Below, in pieces: positions 41,201 through 52,514 of a stretch of 64,000 nt of DNA. Source of the DNA: Amoebophrya sp. A120 (lineage: Eukaryota; Protista; Dinoflagellata); assembly GCA_905178155.1 (NCBI GenBank), contig CAJINV010000003.1:6485691-6549690 (forward strand), read 5' to 3'. Within the stretch, counting starts at the first letter, position 1, and every line of letters begins with the position of its first letter. Below the pieces are notes generated by a model that saw only the letters and a program-made list of their open reading frames with translations, did not search any database and had not been told where the DNA came from. The translations under genes and the position numbers were made by a program.

Positions 41201-41641
41201 GCAGATTTTTGTTGTGATGCGTGACGATAAACTTCTCCTGCTGCAAACTGTGCTAAATCATCACAGTGAAACACAGCTTTTCTGTACGATACCCAGGGGC
41301 GATACGAGCGCACGCAGTACCCGGAAACCACGCACGTGACGCAACCCATCCCGCACGAGAGCATCGCGAGTTACCTGCCCGAAGAGCGCCGCTTCAAGAC
41401 CATGTCTTTGGCGCACAATGTGTACGCAGCCCCGGACCCAGAGGTGCCAGCCCGCATGGACCGACTGAAGTCGATGGCGATCCGCGATTTTAACGTCCGC
41501 CGCATCCAGCACCGGCAGGCCGAAATTTCGCATCGCCAAGCGCTGGCCGAGGAGGCGGCGCGCGAGTTCGAGGAGAAGCGCATCGCCCGAAAAGCGCTCA
41601 ATCAGCTCAACTACGAGCGGAAAATCCGGGCGACCTACTAG
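32256..41641 (+). CDS. Large multi-exon EF-hand calcium-binding protein
   Basis: EF-hand loops DRTEKGAITFEEF (rejoined across insert 34195-34517), DPDRNYFISKEQF, DHDNDNYITLNDL, DTADRGSVGIGQF; mix of GT-AG and introner introns. Confidence 0.75.
34195..34517. mobile_element. Family-1 introner MITE
   Basis: TIR ...AAAATCCCCCCTCCCCATATTGAAA / TTTCGATATGGGGAAGGGGGATTTTT; perfect TSD CATTT; splits an EF-hand loop. Confidence 0.92.
34552..34930. mobile_element. Unidentified insertion truncated by the gap
   Basis: Absent from the duplicate copy after 35889; contains palindrome 34609-34631 and TTAAGAGAGCTCC tandem units. Confidence 0.45.
34931..35484. other. Assembly gap (554 N)
   Basis: Run of N. 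Confidence 1.
35533..35855. mobile_element. Family-1 introner, duplicate of 34195-34517
   Basis: Same sequence and CATTT TSD within the duplicated block 35485-35889. Confidence 0.9.
38722..39011. mobile_element. Family-2 introner (degenerate)
   Basis: TATCGGCTGCAAGCACGTCTGGATCTGGAT vs right reverse complement TATGCATTGCGAATATGGCTGGATCTGGAT; removal joins NEDLL to AQFDDSK in frame. Confidence 0.8.
40085..40490. mobile_element. Family-1-like introner (degenerate)
   Basis: TACCAAGAGAAAAAAATCCGCCCC vs reverse complement TATCGTGGGAAAAAATCC; element plus 5 nt restores frame (40081-40491 would be GA-AG). Confidence 0.65.
41012..41291. mobile_element. Introner-type intron
   Basis: GTTTCACTGTGA/TCACAGTGAAAC inverted pair; flanks CCCCG/CCCAG; joins TLPP|GRYERTQYP. 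Confidence 0.8.
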
Positions 41642-43598
41642 CGCACAGGGAGGACGACAACCATCCACGGTGCCAGTGTTTGCTGCGGTCGCGTGGAGCA
41701 GACGTAATTTCTTAGGTTTGTTTAGTGAAATAAGTATGATCTATAGATGACTTACTAGCGCGCTGCAACCTGCTGTGATGCTGATGACAACAGATACCTG
41801 CAGCTGCACATGCAAAAATCCTCTTCTTCTAATTCCATCGAAAACAAAGCGAAACCGCTCTGCGGAGCCAATCCAAAATTTATCAGACAGTAGTACGAGC
41901 AGATAGAGATTATGAAGTTAAGTAGACTAGCACAGACAGTTGTCGGGAGACTTAGACAACATTAGACGATATTTATTAGACACCCAGAAGCAATTTCTTC
42001 AGTGAATAGGAATACGATACCGTTACAGAGGCGAGCAGAGCTTTGATGACACATCGCGGACGAGTCAAAATATAGAATCAATCTAGATATACTTACTAGC
42101 TTACTTTGTAGTTATCGAGCGCAGACGGAGACGCATGATATTATCATCTAGCAAATGTTGAGGCAGCATGTCGGGTGGCAGCAGACCCACAGCATCTTTG
42201 GGCACGTATAATTATGAATGTTTCCAGACACATCGCATTAGCAGCCACTGAAAATGAGCCCGCGTAGCGTTATGCTTGGCGTCAGCAACACTACAAAGAA
42301 ACGGCTGTGGTGTCATTCATCTGACGTAACGCGACCGTTTTGTCGTCGAGTTTACACAACTCCGATCTGACGATCTGAGATGCAGCTGCGTCAGGAATGA
42401 GCTTAGGAATAGTGATGATCTTGGAGACTATTCTATGTTGTGCCAAAAGAACTCCACCGACGATTTGCGACACAGTCAACGCAGTTGTATAAAGATGTTT
42501 CCAGACTATACTACAGGATCTTCGAACTTGATGGCTGACAATGTTTCCTGTTTCTGTGAATGCCTATGGTTGCCGTGTATCATGCTGCAAAAATCTGCCT
42601 TGAAATTATGCATGTGAATGTTTTTCGATACCCTGTACCATTTAGTTCTGGAAAGAAAGAATCTTCAAAATCAATTGCATTAACTCGATTGATTCATTGC
42701 TAATATGCAACTGAAGAATCAATGCCGTGAGCGCATCAGAGATCACAGTCTGGTGGTCATTTGTTGTTCAAAGCTGGGCTTCCGTGGTAAGTAGGTCTCG
42801 AGGGAGTGTGGGGACGGAATTCGTTGCCTGGACGCGCGATGAGGGTGTGTGCTCATATCAATACGAATCTGTACGAGCACTTGTTTCATGGGTGAAAGGG
42901 GGTCGGACCTGGGAGTCTGATCTTTCATTGTTGTAAACTTACTGACGCACCATATGCTTTCATTGTTGTAACTCTCTTAAATGTCCCGCTTCCACGGTGG
43001 AGGGAGAGGACAGCGAAGAAGGCTGCGAGAAGCAGGAGACTTTTCGTTATCCGCACGGGGGCAATAGAAGGTGACTATAGGTCATAAGAGAAGAGGACAG
43101 TATACTAGACCCCCCAGTTGGGTACATCATCATCACAACATTGAAACTGCACAGAAAATAATGGAAAAACAGCTTCAAATTGGCGCCGCGCGGGGATGAT
43201 CACATACTGATACACAAAAGTAGAAGATGAAGAGAGTTGTGTGGGGTGAACCGAAGGGGAGAGAGGATCACTATAAATTTTGGAATCTGCAGCTTCATCG
43301 GGTCCTACTGTGATTGAAATGAGAGCACGTTGCACAAACTGACTGTGACGAAAAACGCGACCCTGCATCCGAGCCTGAAGTTGGAGAATATCTTGTGCAT
43401 GTTTTTACGATGTATCATATTTGAATTTATCTGGCTGCACTGGCTGCGAATAGTAGTCGGGTAGCTATAATAGATAGAAGCTCACTAGGACTAGACCACA
43501 AGCTCACTACAGAGGTACTGTTCTCCCGTTGAAAAGAGTTAACAGGGTCTTCGAGGAGAAGTCGTGTCGCTCGTACAAGAAGAGGCAAGTTTCACAAC

Positions 43599-46500
43599 AT
43601 GAACATGTCCGTCGGCGAGGAAGTAATGGTTGGATCGGGATCTGGAGATGCACTGGCCATCTCCGCCATTCCGTCGGAGACGTACAAAACGCACCCTGCC
43701 GGTGAGGGCGACAGTAAGGAGTGCGACTGGGCTTTGAACGGGTTTCTCATCCCGCACTCCGTCGCAATATCTTGTGTAAAAACTTACCGCCCACCCCAGA
43801 CTTGTCATGCGTTTTTGCATGATGCCGGTAGTGCCCAGAACACTTCTCATGCGGCTTCGCATGGGAGGGGGAGGCGTTGTCTATTCACCTTCTGGAATTC
43901 CTCACACGCTAATGTTATTGTTGATTTGTCGTGTAGCATCATGTCTCTCGTCTTGACTATGGGGTTATGTTACGTTTTTCAACAGGATACGTAAGGATGG
44001 CTACCTACGACCTGCTTGCCGCTGTCAAGGCCCTTGAGGCAAAGGGCGTTTCTGGCGAGAGTGCGACCCTGCTGAAGGACTGGTACAAGAACTATTACCT
44101 GTACGGAGAAGAAATAAAGCCAGCACAAACACTATCACTACATTAGATTTTGCATGATGATGCATGGATGTACCATTGAGTTCATCGAGGATTCTGCCCG
44201 GATTCCGGACAGATCGAAGCTAAGATCACGCATAATTTTTTACGCCTGTGAGTCACACACTTTCGTGCTCCAGAAGAAACAGTAGTGGACTTCCTTGAGT
44301 TGTCATGTTCGTATGGACTCATACAGACATACTTTCGTCTACAGACAAGCAAAGTGACGACGTGATGGTGGTGGATTTTTCTCGTCTGGATAGCTGCTGC
44401 TTCGTGCACCACCACCACCGCAACGAAGAGACGATCTACTTTCCCTGGCTTTCCGGCGTTTTGAAGGAGAAGGGGATTACCTCTCTGCCACCGCTATTCC
44501 GTGTAAAAACGCTAACGCGGTTTATGACCGCTCTGTAGTGAAGATGTTGGTCGCGCCCGTGCAAAAGAGAGTGCGTCAGTCTCTGACGCGTTCGCTTACG
44601 AAAGACAGTTTTTTATTATATGTTTTTGTTTTGAGTTCTTCGTCTTTTTGAAAATAAAAGATGAAGAACTCAAAAAGAATTTTTCTACTTCGTCATCTTC
44701 TGCTTTTTGCTGTGCCCGAAGGAACCACGATGGATAGGAATACCTAAGTAATCTTGAAAGATTCTGGGTCCGAACCTTCTGTCGCGGGAAATTTGCAGTA
44801 CTGCAAAAGCTGCAGCTGCTTCTGGATTTCTATAGCAGAGCTGACATCTTGACTACAGGGCGAGTCACTGTGTGCCATGGGGATACTTGCGCATCTCCGA
44901 GCAGCATGATGATCTGATGAAACGCATGGACACTATCGAGGCGCAGACCCAATCCCTGGAAGAATTTGCGCTGAAGGAGCCAGAGAAAGTTCCTGCACTG
45001 GTAAGACTAAGTCTAGCTCCGGAAGAACACAGTAGACAGACTGTAACATGGAGCAGCTGCGTCTCGTTAAGAATGAATACTGATAAATTATTTGCGCATA
45101 AACTACTTCTACTCATTAATTTCCTCGGAGCCACATGACTGCCAGAATAAGGGTTTTCTTCTTGAGTGATTGTTTGCCGTGTTTTATTCCGTGTGTTGAG
45201 GAGTGATGGCTGCATTCCTTCGCTCTGTTTGCGAAGAAGAGTGTACTGCTGAAAATTGGAAAGCTATTAGATGACGGGTTAGATGAATAGGGGTCGTTTG
45301 GATTCCGGGCGCGGTTTAAAAGGGTCCGGTGGGGGGTTTCGGGATGCGAACTAGAGGACAAACTAGATGGCCTCCTCCCCCATTGGACCTGGAGCAAGCA
45401 TCTGCAACCGGGGCCCATCGTTCTGGCTTTTGGGGTGTCCGCTTTTGGTTTGAAATGTCAGGGCGTGGGATAGTTTTCCGTTTCTCCAGGTCCTCACCCC
45501 GCCAAGTCGCCAGGTTTTGGCAACCGTCTTCCTTGCCGCGTCTGTTTTCATCTTTTCCCTTGGCTGTGGTCCTGGGTTTGGGTAATTTGTAAATTAGCCA
45601 CCTTCTATTCTCCAGTCAGAGTCTTTAGGTCGCCCGGGCCTGTCTCCCTGGTCTCGTGGCCCTGGCGCGGGCGGCGGGGGGCCTCTTCATTTTGGGCCCC
45701 CCGCGGAGCTTGCTGGTTAGCTGCTGTGCCACCCACGCCCCTGCCGATTGGTCGTTTCGCTGCTGTAATCGCGCGCGGCGCACGACTCGCCCGCGACGGC
45801 GCACACCCGCCCCCCCCGCGGCCGGATTTTCATCACAAAGGAAGCGCGCGGCCGCCCAGAGGGGCGCCGGCCCACCCGGCCCCCTGTGCGGGCGGGGGGG
45901 CGGGCCAACAGTGCGGGACGTTTGTTTTTTTCTGCCTGGTCGTCCTGGAGGTGGGGGGGCGCGCCACAGTTCTGGCGCTCTGTTGCGTGTTCGGCGATCA
46001 AACCTTTTTCGCCCGGCCCCGCTTCTTCGGTTGCCTCCGGGGATTTCTTGTTCCCGAATTTTGGCTTTTCTCCGCTCCAGGGGAGGGAACATAACGAGGA
46101 GGCGCAGGGAGGCGAGGCCGCCGGCCGCTCCATTGGGGCGAGGCCGGGAACATGGCGCGGGCGTCGCCGTTCGCGAAAGTAATGGCACCTAGCCAAAGGC
46201 GCAGCGGCCGCCCTCGCATGATATTGGGGCGCGCGACGGCAGGCCAAGGAAGCATACACGCACACGAGCCGACTTTCAGGCGACCTGCCCGGCGCCCTCT
46301 GGCTGGGCGAGCGCTCCGGGCGCATTGACTGGGAAGCGTGCGGCCACGCGGTTGCGCCAAGATTGCGCCACCCTGCCTGGGAAAGGCGCGCACGAGGGTC
46401 ACTTGCGTGCATTCCAGGCTTTTTTTTGCCGGTGCCAAAGGCCCGCGTCGACCTTTACTTCGCCGCGGCCAGGTGTGTCGTATCCCGTTTTCTCAAACAC

Positions 46501-48772
46501 CCGCTTTCCGGCCACTGCGGGGCCGCCCCCTGGCGGTCGTTCCCGCGAGTGGTCGCGGCACCGTGGCGAAGCTTTTCTGGGCTCCGTAAAGAAGTATCGG
46601 CCCGGGCGTATTGCCTTATTTTCCCAATGGCGCCGCCTGTGGATCCTAGTCGAGCTCGTCAATTTTTGTTCGCCATCGGTCAATTTCGTCATCGCCAGGA
46701 GCTCGTTCTCGTGAAATGAATCCGGCGTTTTTGAAAATGAATCACCCGAAGTTAGTACTTCAATACCTTATCTTAACCTTTCCCTCATCTAATACCGTAC
46801 CCCCCAACTGCATTCCTTCGCTTTGTTTGCGAAGAAGAGTCTACTGCTGAGCCCTGAAGATCGTCTACCCATCTACTTGCTTCTCTTCAGGCCAAGGACC
46901 TCGCCATCGCCGTGGAGGAGTTTGCAAAGGAAATGATTCAGCACCTGAACGAGGAGGAAATGGCGATCGTGCCGTTGCTAAGCATTGCAAAAACGTCTGG
47001 CTCCGCCGGGTCACGGCTTGTTACGAGATTCGAACCACCCGACACAGATCTGCAATCCACGAAACGGAAAGAACGAAGATGTGCCTTGTTTTGTCAAATG
47101 GCAAGCCTGTCTGCCACACGACTTACGTGTCATTTCGCAAAAAGTGTTCATTTGTCATGCTGCCCTGCCGTGCAGGGGACCGGTCGGAAGTGCAAGTGTC
47201 AGCACGACCTATTGCCTAAAGGTTTATTCCGGACCCAGACTGCTCAGACCTACTCGCAGTCGATAGTTGCTCCGCGCTCACACCACGCAAAAGGAGGAGG
47301 CCAAGACCGTGGACAAGATCGTGAAGGGCTTGGGACTGGGTGGCGCGAAGATGGCGCTTCTATCAAAATTGAAAATTATGCGATGCCCCCTCCGCATACA
47401 CAGGGTGAGATTTGCATTTGTGTGGAATTATTTGCTTACACAAATCACTCTGGACGGTAAGAAGCCATGGTTGGTGGATGCTAAGCCTGTGCAGCAGGTA
47501 GACTCCTAGCTGTTCCGTACGATAAATCCTTCACTTCCACTGTACTCTCCCGAGGAGTTCAATAGCAATAGAAATTGCTTGCAAAATACGACAGAAATCC
47601 GTCGGGCCTCCTGTATGCAGTGCGAATTTATTGCATACACACATGGCGCATCACAAGTGGCTTCTTCAGTGCTAGGAGGGGGTAATGTTCTCCACAATAG
47701 CTTCCGTGGATTATCGACGCAATGGACCAATACGATCCGATATCCCCAAAAAAAGTGTGTATTCGCTGCAGGAGCCTCGATCTCGATTTCTTCTGGTTGA
47801 TGCAGCTTCAGCCGTAGGCTCTACTGCGAGAGTCAGCCATCTTCATGCGCAAGAACTGGAAAATTCCACTTGATTTGCTTGCAAAAATAAATAGCTGTGA
47901 TGCTGCTCGTCCAGCGCGACAGGTGATTTTTGCTGTTTCGATGTATGGCATCTGTGCAACCCAACACATTTACACGCCCGTTTGTCACACGTATAATCGA
48001 CGCCGGAAAAGAAGTTCAAGAAGGAGTTCCACGCTTCCCTGCCTCCGCCGTACGAAGACGGAAGATAAAGTCCCCTCCGTCCTGTGTAGGTTGTTTGTTT
48101 GGTCATACGCTTAGCCTCTGCGATTCCAAACCCGTACGCAAATCAACGTTTTTTCATCAAGTACTAAAGCGCACGCAGAACTCGTAGTCGTACTGCCACT
48201 CTGGCTGGTTTTGCGCCAGGTGTTCTAGGTGGTCGGCAAGGCGGACGTTTCTGCTGTAGGGGTGTTGCAGGTGTGTCTCGGGGCGTCCCACGCAAGGCAC
48301 ACGTTGCATAGTTTGCAAGAATGAAGAGCTACTTGAGATTACAAATGATCCTTCCAAAAACAATTGCAATTTTTGTCTCTTCCGGAGTGTGTGGGGCTTT
48401 TGAATTTCCATACACGGCTCAGAATGTTCATGAGCTGTTGCTGGAACGGTATAAAGTACTATTTTGCCGGTTTTCGATATTGGTTTTTCAAGCACCAGGT
48501 GCAGGTAGAGGTATCAGGCAGGATTCTCAACATGATTTACCTATTTCCAGTGCGGCTTCTGCCGGCATGTGCATGAGCATGCACGAAGTGATGGCAACTT
48601 ACTTAGTCATGAAAGAACGAGGAGACACAGGGAATATCCTAGTGGACGACATAGGAAAATAAATCGGTACTTACCAATAACAGGTGCGTACAACAAACGC
48701 AATAAGGCTGTCATCACGGCGCTGAAAGCGGGCAACTCGATCCGGGTTTCCAAGGGATGCTGTTGCTGCTGA
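43599..48772 (+). CDS. Hemerythrin (HHE cation-binding) domain protein, about 10 exons
   Basis: Spliced motifs FLIPHSVAR, VHHHHRNEETIYFP, ISEQHDDL, IQHLNEEEMAIVPLL, LPWIIDAM, LPPPLRMF; ends KGCCCC*. Confidence 0.82.
43768..43989. mobile_element. Family-3 introner
   Basis: TATCTTGTGTAAAAAC vs reverse complement TATCCTGTTGAAAAAC; TSD CGCAA/CGTAA; frame restored. Confidence 0.88.
44102..44392. mobile_element. Old introner-type intron
   Basis: TACGGAGAAGAAA vs reverse complement TATCCAGACGAGAAAAA; 44101-44393 is an in-frame GT-AG intron. Confidence 0.5.
44495..44885. mobile_element. Family-3-like introner
   Basis: Starts TATTCCGTGTAAAAAC, ends GGGGATA; flanks ACCGC/CTTGC; joins SLPP|RISEQH. 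Confidence 0.7.
45253..46807. mobile_element. GC-rich 1.55-kb insertion between 43-bp direct repeats
   Basis: Direct repeats 45210-45252 and 46808-46850 (2 mismatches); subterminal inverted TATTAGATGA (45265) / TCATCTAATA (46794); no convincing ORF. Confidence 0.8.
46979..47265. mobile_element. Family-2-like introner
   Basis: Perfect TSD GTTGC; GTCTGG/CCAGAC subterminal motifs; joins IVPL|LRAHTT. Confidence 0.8.
47361..47699. mobile_element. Family-1-like introner
   Basis: TATC...CCCCCTCC / GGAGGGGG...CAATA; perfect TSD GCTTC; joins KMAL|PWIIDAM. Confidence 0.88.
48051..48412. mobile_element. Degenerate introner
   Basis: TACG...CATA ends, flanks CGCCG/CACGG; joins LPPP|LRMF. Confidence 0.55.
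48450..48679. mobile_element. Old introner now spliceable as GT-AG (48449-48683)
   Basis: TATAAAGTAC / GTACTTACCAATA; flanks AACGG/ACAGG; joins CWNG|AYNK. Confidence 0.7.
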
Positions 48773-50021
48773 AGCGGTATAGAAGGAGGTTTACGGATTC
48801 GATTTTTTGTAATATGGAGTACGATTGGGATTGAGGATGACGGTATATTACAGTTGCCCGTGAAACGGATATTTTATCTTGCGACTCGCTTCTTTTGCAA
48901 TGTCATACTCTTCTTGTAACGAAAAAACGAAAGAAGTACGTAAATAATTTTTAAACGGCACAGGAAACAACAACTGCACGAGCGGGACGGCTGTGCAGCT
49001 GGAATTATTCCAGAGGTAATCTATGCAGATTGCTGGATGCAGAAAGAGGAACAGCGCAAAGGACACGGGAGCAACCTGCTGGCATTTGTGACTGGAAATT
49101 GGTTCTCAAGCTCATTCATATCTATTTAACGCTCTTCCTAAGCCTGAATTGTTTGTGTTTCCGCCACATTTTACTGATTGTGATTCAAATCATGAGGTAT
49201 CTTCGAACTGCCTGTAAGATTCAACCGTCTCTAGAAAGAAAATTGATTGCGCGACCAAATGTATCTGTATTCACGGTTTGTGTTTGTCGTCCCAGCAGGA
49301 TTGTCAAGAAGATTCCAACGAAGTTTCGATGCATTTCATGCGTGCGCAGCGTGCACAGTCTCATATTTATTTCGGAGGTAGTCACCAATGAATTATTTCT
49401 TGTTTTGTACTAATGCTGTCCGTTGGCCATGTTGGTTTTCGTGTTGTAATGCGCCTGTTTGTTGTCATGGCGATGGAGCAGACGAAGACATGAATGAACT
49501 CCTGGCATTTCACGACCACGTGGATCGTGATGCTATTTCCCCTTTACACGAGGACTACAGTAGAAGTTACTGCACAGAACTAGCAAGTAACAGCATCGCC
49601 GTATCACCGTCGATAGCTCTTTTGGCAGCTTCGGAGCAGATGTTTGCAGAATGTACGTCCCAGGAAAGTGGGCGGCAAAACGAAAAAAGACTTGCTGTAT
49701 GTAGCAAAGCAGCACTCGGCCCGGGCCCTGCTCACAGCAGGGAAGAGGCAGGCGAAGGCAGAGCTTGTTCAGCACAACACGGCGCGGGGTTTGTGTTTCC
49801 CACAGGAGAGGTGGGTTTGTGTTGCTTGTACTTATCAGCGGGACTTCTTCTGGTTCTGGTTCATCCGTTCTTGGCTAGTCTATGGGGTTCAGAGTTTCAC
49901 TTCAGTTGCTTGGAGTAGCTCTACAATTTATTTCATCGGTTTAATACGAAAAACGTAAGCGACCCAAGCGAAAGTGTACAAACAGGAGCGAATTCCTTCT
50001 CGTGAAAAGGAATCGAAAAGG

Positions 50022-52514
50022 ATGTTGGCAACGAGGCTGTTGGCTTTTCTGATGACCCTAAAGAGGGTTCGCGGCGAATCTGCGGTCGTGAATATTGAGA
50101 GGAAAAAATCCCCCTCCCCATATCGAAAAGGTATGCTTCTGAAAATTTGTGTTGCTGATTTGAGGTCACAAATCACATTTGTCTTGCAAGAAGACAAGGG
50201 CAGAAGCTTCCGCCCCATTATGGAAGTTATTTGTCATGCTGGTGGGCCTCAAGGGGAGCCGTTTGCAATGCTGAGCACCTAGACCCATACGCCCCTACCT
50301 AGCCTGGGGATCTGGCCGCAATGCCCTCCTGCAATACAGAGCTGATTTGTGTACGCAAATCCAGCATCAGAAATTCCGCTTTGATATGGGGCGGGGGGAT
50401 TTTTCCTTTCGATAGTGAACAAAGGAAGGGCACCTGGAACAACCGTGATTGTAGCGGGTGCGACAGGCCGCACCGGTCAGCTGATTTATGAGAAGTTGCG
50501 GACGACCTCTGAGCCGCATCTGCAAGTGCGCGCGTTGGTGCGAAGTCGCACAAAAGCACGAGAAGTGCTGCATTGTGACAAGTGCGATGCCTCCGAAAAC
50601 ATTTTTGTGGCAGACATCACCGACGCCGACGGTTTGGAGGCATGCGGAGTTTTTGATTCCGCATCTGTTTCGGGATCAATGATGCTGGTGATCGCGACAA
50701 GCGCTGTATCCTGTGTAAAACCGTCCTAGCTACCTACCTACCTACCTACCTACCTACCTACCTACCTACCTACCTACCTACCTGCAGAAAGTCCTCGCGT
50801 TTCTCTTAAACTTGGACACTAAAACTGCTCTGTGTTCAAGGATCGCTCTGCATGAGAACTGCGTTGCGCTTCATCGGGTTATAGAGCGCGTCTTGCCTCG
50901 ACATGCAAGTTTCGTATGTATTCAATAGAAGCTAGTGCTAGGCCATTATTATTTTTCTGCAATTGGGACGCTTCTGCACAGCATGATTCATCCCGAAGTG
51001 CAAGGAACCGTTTACCGGGAACCCCTCGGATTGCGTGTATCCGCCCGGCGGCAGCCCGCGGGAAGTGGATTGGAATGGCGGACGCAACCTTATCAAGGCT
51101 TTTGCGCGCAGGTCAAGCGAGAGTAGCATCAAACAGAGAAGCGCAGCGAACGAAGACCGAGCAGTTGCTGTTTCTGGGGTTGCGGCAGAATCCGCAGCTG
51201 CAACCGAGTATCCCAGAAAATAAACGAGAAAAGAGCTTTGACAGCAGGCGATGCAAAAATAAAAAAATGATCTCCGTTACATATTCAAAAAGTAAATCAG
51301 AAGCGGATGTCTTTATCCTATTTCTTTTTGCATAGAATAAACTACAAATAGAAGTTCTTTTCTCTGTTCGGATAACGAGCGATCTGTCGTCTTGATTTCT
51401 GCGATGGGGACCACCGAGCCGGCGTCGTTTCTAGACAAGCTTGGCGAGGGATGGATTTCGTTTTACAAGCTCAATCTGGAAGCTTTCTTGAGTTCCGCGG
51501 GCGTACGCAATGTGATCGTGAAGCCGTGTGGACTAAAGGACGACATCGCGGACAACAAGTATGCCAGGAAAAAACTGATTTCGTCTCCTAAACTGCTAGA
51601 GACTCTGGTCACGAGTCAGCAATACTCATCAACGATAGCCACGCACGACATCTGTAGCGCGTCATGAGTAAGAAGACGCACGCAGATCTTTGATGCAATT
51701 TGTTGCCGTCCTCGACATGCAGGAGTAGCAGCAAGAACAATGGCCCATTGTTCTTGCTGCTACTCCTGCATGTCGAGGACGGCAACAAATTGCATCAAAG
51801 ATCTGCCCTAGTTTTACAAATGGAGATAGTGTAGTCGTGTCAGTTTTCTTGCGATAACAGAAACCTCAAATTTATTACCGGCCACGACGACGAGCATCCG
51901 GTTTCCGTTTCTCCAATCGCTGCCACGAAGAAAACGGGCGTACCTACCAGTAAAGAGACTCGCGTGAATATCAGAGAAATACGTGTGTAAAGTGTATAAC
52001 GTATTGTGTCAGATTCCGTGCTGCAGAGGCTGCAGCATGCAAGGAACAGTACGCCGCGTGGCAATCACACGTACCTCGTACCTTGCCGCTGGAAATGACT
52101 TTTTTATAATCAACGCATTTTGGATCGCCTTGCAGAGTACATATCAACACGGGAACCGGCCTGCCGGTGTTCTCTCAGTCTGAGAGTGGTGCTGTGGTTC
52201 TTGTTCTTTCTCTTTGAAGTATTACTCCCAGATTGCTTGTTGGTAATTCCATGCTGGGCAGCCATTTTGACTGCATACGGATGACGAGGAACCAACTAGC
52301 AGACTTGAGCATTGCAGCTGTGCAGTGGCTGAAACAGCACGACGACCCGGCGGGGTACGGCACCAGTCGGCGATTTGACGTCTGCACACAGGATGGAGCG
52401 CAGCAGGCGAGCCTCGTCGATGTTGTGAATGCCGCTGGCTGGCCCTGGCAAAATGACACTCCGGAAGACCGGTTGCGCACCAGCTCGCAGCGCAATGCTG
52501 AACTATTCAACTGA
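50022..52514 (+). CDS. NAD(P)-binding Rossmann-fold protein (atypical SDR / NAD_binding_10-like), about 7 exons
   Basis: VIVAGATGRTGQLI, VRALVR, PREVDWNGG, VVLISAMGTT, FYKLNLE, IVKPCGL, GHDDE. Confidence 0.85.
50093..50414. mobile_element. Family-1 introner MITE
   Basis: Strong similarity to 34195 copy; perfect TSD GTGAA; carries an in-frame stop; removal joins ESAVVN|KGRAPGTT. Confidence 0.93.
50707..50883. mobile_element. Family-3-like introner containing a (CTAC)n microsatellite
   Basis: Starts TATCCTGTGTAAAAC, ends GGTTATA; 50706-50884 is GT-AG. Confidence 0.6.
50730..50783. repeat. (CTAC)n microsatellite
   Basis: About 13 tandem units. Confidence 0.95.
51209..51374. mobile_element. 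Introner-type intron
   Basis: TATCC/GGATA ends; TSD CCGAG/ACGAG; joins AATE|RSVVLISAMG. Confidence 0.85.
51560..51856. mobile_element. Old introner now GT-AG (51559-51860)
   Basis: TATGCCAGGAAAAAACTGA vs reverse complement TATCGCAAGAAAACTGA; flanks ACAAG/ACAGA; joins DNK|NLKFITGHDDE. Confidence 0.85.
51682..51806. repeat. Perfect 125-bp palindrome (62-bp arms, 1-nt spacer)
   Basis: GCAGATCTTTG...AACAATGG-C-CCATTGTT...CAAAGATCTGC. Confidence 0.95.
51969..52277. mobile_element. Degenerate introner
   Basis: TATCAGAGAAAT vs reverse complement TATGCAGTCAAAAT; element plus 5 nt restores frame into TRNQLADL. Confidence 0.6.

Noticed and set aside
41011-41296. Canonical GT-AG intron
   Set aside because: One base too long; it frameshifts into a stop, so a non-canonical register is needed
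45625-46719. Many overlapping 100-230 aa ORFs
   Set aside because: Arg/Pro/Gly-rich products of very GC-rich DNA on both strands; no transposase or RT motifs
49388-49958. Overlapping + strand ORFs
   Set aside because: No motif and no clear start; unsupported
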